Below, piece after piece: positions 8,147-19,505 of a stretch of DNA of 64,000 nt (positions within the stretch are counted from its first letter, which is position 1; every line of letters starts with the position of its first letter). The position numbers were made by a program, and so were the translations under genes. Below the pieces are notes generated by a model. That model ran no database searches. It worked only from the letters and a program-made list of their open reading frames with translations, and was not told the DNA's origin. Origin of the DNA: Candidatus Latescibacterota bacterium (lineage in GTDB: Bacteria > Latescibacterota > UBA2968 > UBA8231); the NCBI GenBank assembly GCA_965208105.1, contig OZ242318.1, positions 1,952,001-2,016,000 of the forward strand. The letters run 5' to 3'.

Positions 8147-11011
8147 ATGAGACGGTTCTGGATGCTGTCCCCTGTTGTTCCCTTGCTGCTGTGCGCCTGC
8201 GCCGGCACCCCGAAGGCACCCGCGTCGCGGCCGGAAGTGGAGAAGACGACCGCGGAGCCGGAGGACCCGAAGCTGGCCATCGACCCCCTGGTGACCACCG
8301 GCCGGCTCGACAACGGCCTGCGCTACGTCATCCGCAAAAACCAGAAGCCCGAGAACAGGGTCGAGCTGCGGCTGGCGGTCGACGCGGGATCGGTGCTGGA
8401 GGACGAAGACCAGCAGGGCCTGGCGCACTTCGCCGAGCACATGGCCTTCAACGGCACCAAAAACTTCGCCAAGCAGGAGCTGGTGGACTACCTGGAGCTG
8501 ATCGGCATGCGCTTCGGGCCGGACCTCAATGCCTACACCAGCTTCGACGAGACCGTCTACATGCTCACCGTGCCCACCGACAGCGCCGAGGTGGTGGAAA
8601 CGGCCTTCCAGATTCTGGAGGACTGGGCCCACCAGATCAGCTTCGAAGCGGAGGAGATCGACAAGGAGCGGGGCGTGGTCATCGAAGAGTGGCGCCTGGG
8701 CCGCGGCGCCCAGCAGCGCATGTTCGACCGGCAACTTCCCATCATCCTCAAGGATTCGCGCTACGCCGCGCGCCTGCCCATCGGTCAAAAGGCCGTGCTC
8801 GATACCTTCGGGCACGAGACCCTGCGCCGCTTCTATCGCACCTGGTACCGGCCCGACCTCATGGGTTTCACGGCCGTCGGCGATATCGAGCCGGCGGCTG
8901 TGGAGGCGCTGGTGCGGAAGTACTTCGGGCGCATCCCGGCGGCGGAAAACCCGCGCCAACGCACGGTTTTCCAGGTGCCCGACCACGAGGAGACCCTCTT
9001 CGCCATCGCCTCCGACCCGGAGGCCACCCACAACAGCGTCAGCATCTACTACAAGATGGACGTGCGGCCCCAGGGGACCGTGAGCACCTACCGGCGCTCG
9101 CTCATCGAGGGCCTGTATCACCGCATGTTCAACCAGCGCCTGCACGAGCTGACCAAGCTTCCCGAGCCGCCTTTCCTGGGAGCCTATTCGGGGCAGGGGC
9201 GCTGGCTGCGCTCCAAGGAGTTCTTCGTCCTCGGCGCCGGGGTGCAGAACAACGGGTTGGACGCCGGACTGGAGGCCCTGCTGCTCGAGGCGGCGAGAGT
9301 GCGGCAGCACGGCTTCACCGCCTCCGAGCTGGAACGCGAGAAGAAGGAAATGCTGCGCGGCGTGGAGCAGGCCTACCGCGAGCGCGACAAGCAGCAGTCG
9401 AGCGCCTTTGCCGCCGAGTACGTGCGCCATCTGCTGACCGGCGAGGCCATCCCCGGCATCGCCGGGGAGTACGAGCTCTACCAGGAGCTGGTCCCCGGCA
9501 TTGCGCTGGAGGAGGTCAATGCGCTGGCCAGCGAGTGGACCAGCGAAGAGAACCGGGTGATCGCCGTGGATGCTCCCGAGCAGGAGGGCATTGACGTGCC
9601 CGACGAGCAGGACCTGCTGTCGATCTTCGCCCGGGTGGCGCGGCGGGAGATCGCGCCCTACGCCGACGAGGTGTCCGACGACCCGCTCGTGGCCCAGGTG
9701 CCGGCTGCGGCTGAAATCGTCGAGCGCAGTGAAATTCCCGAGATCGGGGTGACCTGGTGGACCCTTTCCAACGGCGTCAGGGTGTGCCTGAAGCCGACGG
9801 ACTTCAAGAACGACGAGATCCTCTTCAATGCCTACAGTCCCGGGGGGCACTCCCTGGTCCCCGACGCCGATTACGTCGCCGCCTCGACGGCGACCGCGGT
9901 GGTGGGAGAGGGCGGCGTCGGGCCGTTCGACAAGATCGAGCTGGAGAAGAAACTTGCCGGCAAGGTGGTGGGGGTATCACCGTGGATCGGCAGCCTGCGG
10001 GAGGGGATTTCCGGCTCGGCCTCGCCCGAGGACGTGCGCACCATGTTCGAGCTGATCTACGCCTTCTTCACCGCTCCGCGCCAGGACAGCACCGCCTTCC
10101 AGGCCTACCGGACGCGCATGCGAGGCTCCATCCAGAATCGCAGCGCGCGCCCGGAGACCGCCTTCGGGGACACCATTGCGGTCACCATGTCCCAGTACCA
10201 CCACCGCGGGCGCCCCTGGTCGCTGGAGCTGCTCGACGAGATGGACCTGGCCACCTCCATGGCCGTGTACCGGGACCGCTTTGCCGACGCCGGCGACTTC
10301 TCTTTCTTCTTCGTCGGCAACTTCACCCTCGAGGGCATGGAGCCGCTGGTGCGCAGCTATCTGGGCGGTCTGCCGTCCGCGGGACGGGAGGAGACCTGGC
10401 GCGACCTGGGCATCGATGCCCCGGAGGGCGTGGTCGACAAGGCGGTCCACCGCGGCATCGAACCCAAGAGCCGGTCGCGGATGATCTTCACCGGCCCCTT
10501 CGAGTACGACGGCTGGAAGAACAACCTCGAACTCGGGGCCATGACCTCCGTGCTGCAGATCAAGCTGCGCGAGGTTCTGCGCGAGGACCTGGGCGGCACC
10601 TATGGAGTCTGGGTCGGCGGCACGGGCTCGCGCTACCCGGACGGGGAGTACCGCATCTCCATCACCTTCGGCAGCGATCCCGACCGCGTCGAGGAGCTGA
10701 CGCAGGTGATATTCGCGCAGATCGACAGTCTGAAGACCGCCGGCACCACCGGCCTCTACATCGACAAGGTCAAGGAAATGCGCAAGCGCCGGCGCGAGAT
10801 CGACCTCAAGGAGAACGGTTTCTGGGTCCGGGCCCTGGAGTCGGCCGACTTCAACGGCGTCGATCCGCGGCTGCTGGTTCGCTACCCGGAGCTGGTCGAC
10901 TCGCTGACCGCGGAGATGGTGCAGCAGGCGGCGCGGAAGTACTTCAACATGGACCGCTACGTGCGGGTGGTGCTGTATCCGGAGGACCCGGGCGAGCCGG
11001 GAGAGGAGTAG
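8147..11011 (+). CDS. M16 zinc peptidase (PqqL-like), probable lipoprotein
   Basis: GLAHFAEHMAFNGT, NAYTSFDETVY, LREDLGGTY; N-terminal lipobox-like LCAC. Confidence 0.92.
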   Translation: MRRFWMLSPVVPLLLCACAGTPKAPASRPEVEKTTAEPEDPKLAIDPLVTTGRLDNGLRYVIRKNQKPENRVELRLAVDAGSVLEDEDQQGLAHFAEHMAFNGTKNFAKQELVDYLELIGMRFGPDLNAYTSFDETVYMLTVPTDSAEVVETAFQILEDWAHQISFEAEEIDKERGVVIEEWRLGRGAQQRMFDRQLPIILKDSRYAARLPIGQKAVLDTFGHETLRRFYRTWYRPDLMGFTAVGDIEPAAVEALVRKYFGRIPAAENPRQRTVFQVPDHEETLFAIASDPEATHNSVSIYYKMDVRPQGTVSTYRRSLIEGLYHRMFNQRLHELTKLPEPPFLGAYSGQGRWLRSKEFFVLGAGVQNNGLDAGLEALLLEAARVRQHGFTASELEREKKEMLRGVEQAYRERDKQQSSAFAAEYVRHLLTGEAIPGIAGEYELYQELVPGIALEEVNALASEWTSEENRVIAVDAPEQEGIDVPDEQDLLSIFARVARREIAPYADEVSDDPLVAQVPAAAEIVERSEIPEIGVTWWTLSNGVRVCLKPTDFKNDEILFNAYSPGGHSLVPDADYVAASTATAVVGEGGVGPFDKIELEKKLAGKVVGVSPWIGSLREGISGSASPEDVRTMFELIYAFFTAPRQDSTAFQAYRTRMRGSIQNRSARPETAFGDTIAVTMSQYHHRGRPWSLELLDEMDLATSMAVYRDRFADAGDFSFFFVGNFTLEGMEPLVRSYLGGLPSAGREETWRDLGIDAPEGVVDKAVHRGIEPKSRSRMIFTGPFEYDGWKNNLELGAMTSVLQIKLREVLREDLGGTYGVWVGGTGSRYPDGEYRISITFGSDPDRVEELTQVIFAQIDSLKTAGTTGLYIDKVKEMRKRRREIDLKENGFWVRALESADFNGVDPRLLVRYPELVDSLTAEMVQQAARKYFNMDRYVRVVLYPEDPGEPGEE

Positions 11012-11064
11012 CACATCGAGGCAGCGCAAATGCGCGGCCCCAGTTTTTGCGAAAGGCAAAAATC

Positions 11065-11889
11065 ATGGAAAACACCGAAACCGTCCGTCTCACTCCGGCG
11101 CAACGGCTGCATTTCGACATCTACGGTTTCGTCCTCCTGGAGAACGTATTCTCCCCCGGCGAAGTCGCGCGCATGAACGACGCGCTCCACCGGATGAAAG
11201 CCGATCCGGACCTGGAGTCCAAGCGGATCTATGCCCGCTGGCACGGCGAGCACCACCTGCGGCTGGGCAACCTGGTGGAGTACGATCCCGCCCTGCTGGA
11301 ATATGCCGCCCACCCCAGGCTGGTTCCGCTCGTCGAGGAGGTGGTCGGCGGCAAGGTGCGCCTGGAGGAGAGCGAGGCGATTATCAACCGCAGGGACCCC
11401 GAGGCGGATATCGAGGCGCTGCGCGGAAGGCGCTTCAACCCCACCGGGTTTCATCGCGGAACGAAGCACGGATGGGGCACCTATTTCGAGGAGAGCAAAT
11501 TCCACTGCATCTTCGTCAAGACCCTGACCTATCTCACCGACGTGGGGCCTGACGACGGCGGCACCTGCGTCATACCCGGCAGCCACCGCCTCACCTGGCC
11601 CCGGGAGGAGATGATCGAAGCCGCCCTTGCCGACGACCGCCTGATCCACCAGGTCGAGGCAGGCGCCGGCTCGGTCCTCCTCTTTCCCGAATCCCTCATC
11701 CACAGCTCGACCTCCATCCGCAGCGACAGGGAGCGCACGATCCTGATCGCGGGCTATACCCCGCCCATGCTGCGCGAATGGCCCGGCAACGAGGTCAGCC
11801 CCGAGTTCGTCGAGACCCTGCCCGAGGAAATCAGGCCGATCATCTCCGGAAGCGCGAGCTGGGGTTGGGAGAGGCCCTATGAAAAATAA
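11065..11889 (+). CDS. PhyH family dioxygenase (HxG variant)
   Basis: Real start MENTETV within track ORF 9757-11889; FDIYGFV, FHRG, IPGSH, LIH. Confidence 0.85.
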   Translation: MENTETVRLTPAQRLHFDIYGFVLLENVFSPGEVARMNDALHRMKADPDLESKRIYARWHGEHHLRLGNLVEYDPALLEYAAHPRLVPLVEEVVGGKVRLEESEAIINRRDPEADIEALRGRRFNPTGFHRGTKHGWGTYFEESKFHCIFVKTLTYLTDVGPDDGGTCVIPGSHRLTWPREEMIEAALADDRLIHQVEAGAGSVLLFPESLIHSSTSIRSDRERTILIAGYTPPMLREWPGNEVSPEFVETLPEEIRPIISGSASWGWERPYEK

Positions 11890-12048
11890 CCTCCACCTGG
11901 TTTTGCCCGGCGCCCCCTCGAAGGGGTCCGGTCGACGTGGGGGCCCGCCGCTGAAGCCCTGAAGGATCGCCGGCAGCCCGGCGGCCGCGTTTCGCACCTC
12001 CGCGATAATGCCTATCTTCAGAATCCAGCCCATGCAGCCGGAGGTCCC

Positions 12049-14856
12049 ATGGCATTTTCCACCCACGGTGAAAACGCCGAGTACATAGAGGGTCTCTACG
12101 CCCAATACCAGCGCGACCCCAGCTCGGTCTCCGAGGAATGGCAGCAATTCTTCCGCGGCTTCGAATTCGGCTTCGAACGCTCTATCGAACGCTCGGAGGC
12201 GCCCGACGGCGAATCAGAACAGGCGGAGTTGCAGACCATCGAGGCCAACGAGGGCCTGCTGGTCTTCGTCGGCGTCCAGGCCCTGGTGCAGGCCTACCGG
12301 CAGATGGGCCATTTCGTCGCCCGGCTCGACCCGCTGGGGCACAAGCGCCAGGACCTGCCGCTGCTGGACCTGATTGAATTCGGCCTCGCCGAAGAAGACC
12401 TCGAAAAGACGGTGGGAACGGGTGGATTTCTCGGGAGCACCGACGGGACCTTGAAGGGGCTCCTGAGCAAGCTGCAGACCACCTATTGCCGCTCCATCGG
12501 CGTCGAGTACATGGACATCCCGGACAAGGACCAGCGCGACTGGCTGCAGGAGCGCATCGAACCCTGCCTCAACAGGCCCGATCTGTCCGCGGGAGCCGCC
12601 CGCCGGGTGCTGGCGCGGCTGATCGCCGCCGAGCAGTTCGAACATTTTCTGCACACGCGATACCTCGGGCAGAAGCGCTTCTCCCTCGAAGGGGCCGAGT
12701 CCATGGTGCCGCTGTTGGACGAACTGGTGGACACCGGCTCCAGGCTGGGCGTCGAAGAGATGGTCATGGGCATGGCCCACCGCGGCCGCCTGAACGTGCT
12801 GGCGCACATCCTGAACAAGCCCTACGAGGAGATCATCGCCGAGTTCGAGGGTGCCGACCGCACCGACCGCGACGACGACGAGGGCGACGTCAAATACCAC
12901 AAGGGGTATTCCTGCGACCACGTCACCGACGCGGGCCGCAAGATCCATCTCTCCCTCAGCTTCAACCCCAGCCATCTGGAGCTGGTCGACCCGGTCATCG
13001 AGGGCATCGTCCATGCCAAGCAGGCCTACCTGCGCGACGACGACGGGGAGAGGGTGGTCCCGGTGATCATCCACGGCGAGGCCGCCTTCACCGGCCAGGG
13101 GATCGTCTCCGAGACCCTCAATCTCTCCGAGCTGGAGGGCTACCGCACCGGCGGAACCATCCACATCATCATCAACAATCAGCTCGGCTATACGGCCACG
13201 GCCGGCGAGACCCGCTTCACCCCCTATCCCACCGATGTGGCCAAGGAAATCCAGGCGCCGGTCTTCCACGTCAACGCCGACGACCCCGAGGCCGTGGTAC
13301 AGGCCGCGCGCGTGGCGATGGAGTTCAGGCACCGCTTCAAGGTGGATGTCTTCATCGATCTGTGGTGCTATCGCCGCCACGGCCACAACGAGGCCGACGA
13401 CCCGACCCTGACCCAGCCGCTGATGTACAAAGAAATTGCCGGACATCCGACGATCCGCCATCTCTACTCCTTCCAGCTCATCGCCCGGAACAAAATCTCC
13501 AGGGAGGAAGCCGACGACATCCGCGCGCGGATCCGCAACCGGCTCGACGAAGCCCAGGAAATCGCCCACCGCCTGCAGGTACAGCCCGACACCTCGCCGT
13601 TCGGTGGCGTCTGGCAGGGACTGACCTGGGCCCCCGAGGACTGGAGCGCCCAATCAGCGGTCGATGCCGGAACCCTGAAGCGGATCGTCGAACGGGCAAC
13701 CCAGGTCCCCGAGGGGTTTTCCCTGCACCGCACGATTCAGCGGATGGCCGAGGCGCGCCGCGCCATGGCCGCCGGCCGGGCCCCAGCCGACTGGGGCTGC
13801 GCCGAGGTGATGGCCATCGGCTCGCTGCTGCGCGAGGGGGTGCCGGTGCGCCTGACCGGGCAGGATGCCCAGCGCGGCACCTTCGCCCACCGCCACGCCG
13901 TCTGGCACGACACCGAGACCGGCGCGCAGCACATTCCCCTGCAGTGCCTGGAGGATGGGCAGGGAGACTTCGTCGTGCTCAACACCATGTTGTCGGAGCT
14001 GGCCGTTCTCGGTTTCGAGTACGGGATCAGCTCGGCTGACCCCAAGCGCCTGGTCCTGTGGGAGGCCCAGTTCGGCGACTTCGTCAACGGCGCCCAGATG
14101 ATCATCGACCAGTACCTCTCCAGCGGCGAGGCCAAGTGGCAGCGGATGAGCGGCCTGGTGCTGCTGCTGCCGCACGGCTACGAGGGCATGGGTCCGGAGC
14201 ATTCCAGCGCGAGGGTGGAGCGCTTTCTGCAAATGTGCGCCAAGAGCAACATGCAGGTGGCCTGCCCCACCACTCCCGCGCAGTATTTCCACGTCCTGCG
14301 GCGACAGATGCTGCGCAACTTCCGCAAGCCCCTGGTGCTGATGACCCCAAAGAGCCTTCTGCGCCACGAACAATGCGTCTCGGAGCTGGGAGAGTTCAGC
14401 TCGGGGACCTTCAGGCGGATCATCGACGACGCGGAGGCCGCCGATCCCGCGGCGGTCGGCCGGGTGGTGCTGTGCACCGGAAAGATCTACTACGACCTGG
14501 CAGCCGCCCGCAGCGAGGACAAGGGGAGGAACGAGGTCGCGGTGGTGCGCGTCGAGGAACTCTATCCGTTTCCGGCCGCCGAGCTTCAGGCTGCCTTCGG
14601 CCGCTATACCGCGGCCAAGCAGTTCTACTGGGTGCAGGAGGAATCGCAGAACATGGGGGCATGGGACTTTGTCCGGCCTCTCATCGAAAAACTGTTGCCC
14701 CCGCACGGCGAGCTGAGCTACCTGGGCCGCGACGAAGCTGCCAGCCCGGCCACGGGGTCCGGGCACCTCCACGAGACCGAGCAACGGGAAATCGTCAAAC
14801 AGGCCCTGGGCGGAGGCATCGAAATGGTGCTGCACCAGCGGCGACAATCCGGTTAG
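12049..14856 (+). CDS. sucA: 2-oxoglutarate dehydrogenase E1
   Basis: [40 protein letters not shown]. Confidence 0.97.
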   Translation: MAFSTHGENAEYIEGLYAQYQRDPSSVSEEWQQFFRGFEFGFERSIERSEAPDGESEQAELQTIEANEGLLVFVGVQALVQAYRQMGHFVARLDPLGHKRQDLPLLDLIEFGLAEEDLEKTVGTGGFLGSTDGTLKGLLSKLQTTYCRSIGVEYMDIPDKDQRDWLQERIEPCLNRPDLSAGAARRVLARLIAAEQFEHFLHTRYLGQKRFSLEGAESMVPLLDELVDTGSRLGVEEMVMGMAHRGRLNVLAHILNKPYEEIIAEFEGADRTDRDDDEGDVKYHKGYSCDHVTDAGRKIHLSLSFNPSHLELVDPVIEGIVHAKQAYLRDDDGERVVPVIIHGEAAFTGQGIVSETLNLSELEGYRTGGTIHIIINNQLGYTATAGETRFTPYPTDVAKEIQAPVFHVNADDPEAVVQAARVAMEFRHRFKVDVFIDLWCYRRHGHNEADDPTLTQPLMYKEIAGHPTIRHLYSFQLIARNKISREEADDIRARIRNRLDEAQEIAHRLQVQPDTSPFGGVWQGLTWAPEDWSAQSAVDAGTLKRIVERATQVPEGFSLHRTIQRMAEARRAMAAGRAPADWGCAEVMAIGSLLREGVPVRLTGQDAQRGTFAHRHAVWHDTETGAQHIPLQCLEDGQGDFVVLNTMLSELAVLGFEYGISSADPKRLVLWEAQFGDFVNGAQMIIDQYLSSGEAKWQRMSGLVLLLPHGYEGMGPEHSSARVERFLQMCAKSNMQVACPTTPAQYFHVLRRQMLRNFRKPLVLMTPKSLLRHEQCVSELGEFSSGTFRRIIDDAEAADPAAVGRVVLCTGKIYYDLAAARSEDKGRNEVAVVRVEELYPFPAAELQAAFGRYTAAKQFYWVQEESQNMGAWDFVRPLIEKLLPPHGELSYLGRDEAASPATGSGHLHETEQREIVKQALGGGIEMVLHQRRQSG

Positions 14857-14866
14857 GAGCGTCGGC

Positions 14867-16129
14867 ATGTCGGTTCAAGTCGAGATTCCGAGCATGGGCG
14901 AATCGGTCAGGGAGGTGATTCTCCTCGAGTGGCTCAAGGGCGACGGCGAGCTCGTCGAACGCGACGACCCGCTCTGCCTGCTGGAGACCGACAAGGCCAG
15001 CGTCGAGCTGCCGTCCCCGGCCAGCGGTTCTCTCAAGCACCTCCAACCTGCCGATACCACCCTGGCCATAGGTGCGGTGATCGCGGAGATAGCTGAAACG
15101 GCGGAATCCCCCGCTCCGGCTCCCGCGCCCAGGCCCGCTGCCGCAGAACCCGCACCCGAACCCGTCCTCAGCCCGGCCGTGCGCCGCCTGGTCGAAGAGC
15201 ACGAGTTGGACCCGGCCGCGATCGAGGGCAAGGGCAAGGGAGGCAGGCTGACGAAGAAGGACGTGCTCGCCCATTTGGAGACCCAGGCCCCGGCCGAACC
15301 CGCACAACCACTGCCGCCGGATGATCCTGGGCAGCCGCCAGCCGGCGAACCTGCGCGGCCGCCCGCTCCCGAGCCCACCCGGTCCTCCCGGGCACCCGCT
15401 CCCACCCCTCCGGCGGCCCCCGCAGAACCCGATCTCGTGCGCCGCGAGCCCATGAGCCGGCTGCGCCAGCGCATTTCCGAGCACCTGGTCGCCGCCCAGC
15501 ACAACGCGGCCATGCTCACCACCTTCAACGAGATCGACATGAGCGCTGTAATGGAGCTCCGGGCAAAGTACAAGGAGCGCTTCGCCCAGGTCCACGGCGC
15601 CTCGCTGGGACTGACGTCCTTCTTCGCGCGGGCGGCCGTCCGGGCCCTCGCCGAGTTTCCGGCGCTCAACGCACAGATCGACGGAACGGACATCCTGTAT
15701 CACGACTTCGTCAACCTGGGGATCGCGGTGAGTACAGACCGCGGCCTGGTGGTGCCGGTTCTGAACCGCGCCGAGGGGATGTCCATCGCCCAGCTCGAAA
15801 GCAACATCAAGCGCCTCTCCCGCGGCGCCCGCGACAACAAGCTCGCCGTGGACGAGCTCAGCGGCGGTACCTTCACCATCACCAACGGCGGGATCTTCGG
15901 CTCGCTGCTTTCCACCCCCATCCTGAACGCGCCGCAGAGTGGAATCCTGGGAATGCACGCGATCCAGGAGCGCCCCGTGGCGGTGGAAGGCCAGGTGGCG
16001 ATCAGGCCGATGATGTACGTGGCGCTTTCCTACGACCACCGGCTGGTCGACGGCCAGCAGTCGGTCTCGTTCCTCGTGCTCATCAAGGAGCTTTTGGAAG
16101 ACCCGCCTCGGTTGGTCCTGGATGTCTAG
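14867..16129 (+). CDS. sucB: Dihydrolipoamide succinyltransferase E2
   Basis: Lipoyl ETDKAS, E3-binding domain, [19 protein letters not shown]. Confidence 0.97.
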   Translation: MSVQVEIPSMGESVREVILLEWLKGDGELVERDDPLCLLETDKASVELPSPASGSLKHLQPADTTLAIGAVIAEIAETAESPAPAPAPRPAAAEPAPEPVLSPAVRRLVEEHELDPAAIEGKGKGGRLTKKDVLAHLETQAPAEPAQPLPPDDPGQPPAGEPARPPAPEPTRSSRAPAPTPPAAPAEPDLVRREPMSRLRQRISEHLVAAQHNAAMLTTFNEIDMSAVMELRAKYKERFAQVHGASLGLTSFFARAAVRALAEFPALNAQIDGTDILYHDFVNLGIAVSTDRGLVVPVLNRAEGMSIAQLESNIKRLSRGARDNKLAVDELSGGTFTITNGGIFGSLLSTPILNAPQSGILGMHAIQERPVAVEGQVAIRPMMYVALSYDHRLVDGQQSVSFLVLIKELLEDPPRLVLDV

Positions 16130-16159
16130 CCGCCTCATTCTTCGATTAAGGGAATTACC

Positions 16160-17542
16160 TTGACCGACACTGCATTCGACCTGGTGGTCATCGGAGCTGG
16201 ACCGGGCGGCTACGTGGCCGCGGGCAAGGCAGCCCAGCTCGGCATGAAGGTGGCCTGCATCGACAAGAGCTACCTCGGCGGCACCTGCCTCAATGTGGGC
16301 TGCATCCCCAGCAAGGCCCTGCTCGAGTCGAGCGATCTGTTCTACAGAGTAAGCAAGGGATTGGGACACCACGGAATCGGGCAGGGCGAGGTGGGCCTGG
16401 ACCTGCGTGCCATGATGGCGCGCAAGGAGAAGATCGTGCGGACCATGACCGGGGGAATCGAGGCCCTGTTCAAGAAGGGTGGTGTGACCCATTTCGTCGG
16501 CAGAGGCCAGGTCCTCGGGCCCGGGAAGGTGGCCGTGCAGGGCGCGGACGGCGAGCAGCTGCTGTCTTCCAGACACATCCTGCTGGCCACGGGCAGCACT
16601 CCCGTGGAGCTGCCTGATCTGCCCTTCGACGGCGAGCGCGTAATCTGCTCGACCGAGGCCCTGACCCTGGAGAAGGTACCCGAGCGGCTCGCCGTCATCG
16701 GCGGCGGCGCCATTGGCCTGGAGCTGGGGTCCGTGTGGGCCCGGCTGGGTGCCCGAGTCCTCGTGGTGGAGGCCATGGAGGGGATCCTGCCGGAGACGGA
16801 CCGGGAAATGGCCGGGCAGCTGGAGCGGCTGCTGAAGCGCCAGGGCCTGGAATTCCTGCTTGGGGCCAGGGCCAAGGGGGCCTCGATCGAAGAAGGCCGG
16901 GTGACGCTGACCATAGGAGCCGGCGACCAGGAACGCGTCGAGACCTTCGATCAGGTGCTGGTGGCCGTGGGGCGCAAGCCATGCAGCGCGGGATTGGGGC
17001 TGGAAGACGCGGGCGTGGCCATGAACGAGCGCGGTCAGGTCGTGGTCGACGCGCAGGGGCGAACCAACGTCGAAGGCATATGGGCCATCGGCGACCTCGT
17101 TCCCGGGCCGATGCTTGCCCACAAGGCCGAGGCCGAAGGAATCGCGGTCGCCGAGCGGATGGCCGGGCGCGCCGGGCAGGTCAACTACGAGGCCATCCCC
17201 TCGGTGGTCTACACCCACCCGGAGCTGGCCTGCGTGGGAGCCAGCGAGGAGGAAGCCGCGGAGGCCGGCCACGAGGCCGCCGTCGGCAGGTACCACTTTC
17301 GCGGCAATGCCCGCGCCCACTGCATGGACGACATCGACGGCCTGGTCAAGGTCGTCGCCGACGCGCACACCGACCGGCTCCTGGGAATGCACATCCTCGG
17401 ACCGCAGGCCTCGCACCTTATAGCCGAAGGCGTACTGGCCCTGAAGTTCGGCGCCAGCGCCGAGGACGTGGCCCGCACCGTCCACGCGCATCCGGCGCTG
17501 TCGGAGGTGGTGGGCGAGGCGGCGCGAGCCGCGGAGCGGTGA
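16160..17542 (+). CDS. lpdA: Dihydrolipoamide dehydrogenase E3
   Basis: GAGPGGY, GGTCLNVGCIPSK, HAHPALSE; TTG start. Confidence 0.96.
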   Translation: MTDTAFDLVVIGAGPGGYVAAGKAAQLGMKVACIDKSYLGGTCLNVGCIPSKALLESSDLFYRVSKGLGHHGIGQGEVGLDLRAMMARKEKIVRTMTGGIEALFKKGGVTHFVGRGQVLGPGKVAVQGADGEQLLSSRHILLATGSTPVELPDLPFDGERVICSTEALTLEKVPERLAVIGGGAIGLELGSVWARLGARVLVVEAMEGILPETDREMAGQLERLLKRQGLEFLLGARAKGASIEEGRVTLTIGAGDQERVETFDQVLVAVGRKPCSAGLGLEDAGVAMNERGQVVVDAQGRTNVEGIWAIGDLVPGPMLAHKAEAEGIAVAERMAGRAGQVNYEAIPSVVYTHPELACVGASEEEAAEAGHEAAVGRYHFRGNARAHCMDDIDGLVKVVADAHTDRLLGMHILGPQASHLIAEGVLALKFGASAEDVARTVHAHPALSEVVGEAARAAER

Positions 17543-17560
17543 AGCTCCGGGAACCGGGCC

Positions 17561-17596
17561 CTAGCAGCCCGTTGAAAAGTCCATCCGGGCTGCTAG
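17561..17596. repeat. 36-bp CTAG-bounded palindromic element, copy 1
   Basis: CTAGCAGCCCG-TTGAAAAGTCCATC-CGGGCTGCTAG; 35/36 identical to 21052-21087. Confidence 0.85.
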
Positions 17597-18327
17597 ACCT
17601 TCCTCCCTCCGAAAACCGCCAGCTCGAAAAGCTTGAAATAGCAGTCCACGTCCGAGAAGCCGATGGCTCTGAGCCATTCACACTGATCTTCGACGGGGGC
17701 GAGGATATTGGCCTGCTTGTCATCGCGGTAATAGTATGCCCTGGCGACTTCGTCGCGAGACACATCGGGCTCTCTTTGCCTGACGGATTCATGCAGGTCG
17801 TCGATGAAGCGGTCGGCGAAACGCGACTCAATCCACTTCGACGGCGAGCTGACATGCTCGACGTTGACGAAAACCCCGTTGGGAGACAGCAGATCGAAAA
17901 CCTCTCCATATATCCCGCGTTTGCGCTCATCCCCCTGGTGATGTATCGAAAAACCCGATACGACCGCGTCGTAAAGCCCCTCATCCGCAACCAGGCCGAC
18001 CCAATCGGAGGCCGCAAAATCGCCGATGACAAAACGATGCCCTGATGCCCTTCCTCCAAACCTCCTCCGCGCCGCCTCTATCATAGCCTCCGAAAAATCC
18101 ACGAACACACCCCTTGCATCCGGGTGATCTTCAATGACCGCGGCGCCGAGGATGCCATCGCCGCAACCCAGGTCGAGCACGGTACCGACTCGGTGATCAT
18201 CCGCATTGATCACCTGGCGCATAACGGCAATCTGTTGGTCAGACAGGGGGATGGCCTCCCGAATATTCTCGAGATATTTCTGCGCCAGGTCTGGCGCCTG
18301 CCATGCCCTGTCCTTGCGATTGCCCAT
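17593..18327 (-). CDS. Class I SAM-dependent methyltransferase
   Basis: VLDLGCGDG, VDFSEAM, FSIHH. Confidence 0.9.
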   Translation of the reverse strand: MGNRKDRAWQAPDLAQKYLENIREAIPLSDQQIAVMRQVINADDHRVGTVLDLGCGDGILGAAVIEDHPDARGVFVDFSEAMIEAARRRFGGRASGHRFVIGDFAASDWVGLVADEGLYDAVVSGFSIHHQGDERKRGIYGEVFDLLSPNGVFVNVEHVSSPSKWIESRFADRFIDDLHESVRQREPDVSRDEVARAYYYRDDKQANILAPVEDQCEWLRAIGFSDVDCYFKLFELAVFGGRKV

Positions 18328-18329
18328 GG

Positions 18330-19505
18330 TTACAACACCTTGTTCCGGTACAGAAACAAGAGCGACAACATACCGAAAATCAAAATTGAGACGCCGGATA
18401 TGAACAGTGCCGTGCCGAGTGAATAGGTGTCATGGATCCAGCCGATCACGGGACCGATTACTACGAACATCAGGCGCATGACCAGACTTTTGACCGACAG
18501 CACAGTGGCGCGAATATCCGAACTCACCAGGCGATTGACGTAGTCATTGAGCACGGGACCATTTATACCGCGCACAAGTGAAAAAGTGAGCAGAACCGGC
18601 AGTGCCCAAAGGGCTTGAATTTGGCTCAAAACCAAATATGCCGACGACGACAAAACAATCAAAAACACCAATGACCGCCTGCGGCCGAGCAGACTCTCAA
18701 CCCGATAGGCCATCAGGGCAAACACGCCCACCGAAAAATTCAGAACCGCCCACCCGATGCCGAAATACCGCAGCGGCAACTCGACCGCCTGAAAATACGG
18801 CTGCACGAACCAGACAATTACAAAGGTAGAAAGCCCGACGAGCGACGAGTAGAGGATCAGCCATTTTACCTCGGCGTGACCGTGAAGCGCGTACCTGACA
18901 ATCCTGAGTATGCTTGCAAAGCTGCTCTCGCGCCTCTCCAGCTTGTGACGCGCTGGCTCGACAAGGGTAAACGCAACGGGAACTGCAAGCACCATAAGAA
19001 CGGCTTCGACATAGAGCGGCGTGCGCAGACTGATAAGCGCCAGCTCTCCGCCAATGACGGCAGCGATAGCCTCGGAAAAATTGCCCGCCGAACCCAGGCG
19101 CCCCGCGTATTTTGCAAACTGACCCTTTCGCTTCAGTTCCAGCAAGGTATCGTAGAGCAGCGCGGTGTCCGCCCCCGAAATCAGGCTGCCGGCAATGCCG
19201 AGCAACAGTTCGACGATCAGAAATTCGTAAAACGAATAAGCAGTCGCATACAATACGAACCCGGCAGCCCCGACAGCGGTGCCTATGATCAGGGTAAATT
19301 TGCGCCCCACCACATCAGCGATATACCCTGATGGCACCTCGAACACAATTATCGATATGGAAAACGCCGCTTGCAGGACAAGGATGTCCTGCATATCTAG
19401 CCCATTCTCCTGGAAGAACGGAATGAGTACGGGCATGATGAGCAGCATCCATCTCAACGAAGTGTAAACGTAGAGCTTCCAGATATTGTGGTGCAGAGCA
19501 TTCAT
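18330..19505 (-). CDS. MFS transporter
   Basis: About 12 TM; FEVPSGYIADVVGRK; lower GC than neighbours. Confidence 0.9.
   Translation of the reverse strand: MNALHHNIWKLYVYTSLRWMLLIMPVLIPFFQENGLDMQDILVLQAAFSISIIVFEVPSGYIADVVGRKFTLIIGTAVGAAGFVLYATAYSFYEFLIVELLLGIAGSLISGADTALLYDTLLELKRKGQFAKYAGRLGSAGNFSEAIAAVIGGELALISLRTPLYVEAVLMVLAVPVAFTLVEPARHKLERRESSFASILRIVRYALHGHAEVKWLILYSSLVGLSTFVIVWFVQPYFQAVELPLRYFGIGWAVLNFSVGVFALMAYRVESLLGRRRSLVFLIVLSSSAYLVLSQIQALWALPVLLTFSLVRGINGPVLNDYVNRLVSSDIRATVLSVKSLVMRLMFVVIGPVIGWIHDTYSLGTALFISGVSILIFGMLSLLFLYRNKVL

Noticed and set aside
7376-9850. Long antisense and alternate-frame ORFs (also 14795-17491, 21018-22916, 1003-3024, 42958-44379)
   Set aside because: Shadows of well-supported genes in high-GC DNA; no family motifs
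9757-11064. Apparent 710-aa fusion upstream of PhyH
   Set aside because: The N-terminal part overlaps the M16 peptidase in another frame; the real start is 11065
15100-15430. Pro/Ala-rich low-complexity stretch
   Set aside because: Normal flexible linkers of SucB
17540-17560. lpdA TGA followed by CTCCGGG (SECIS-like word)
   Set aside because: Only 2 nt after the stop, no CTC/GAG stem, and LpdA is already complete
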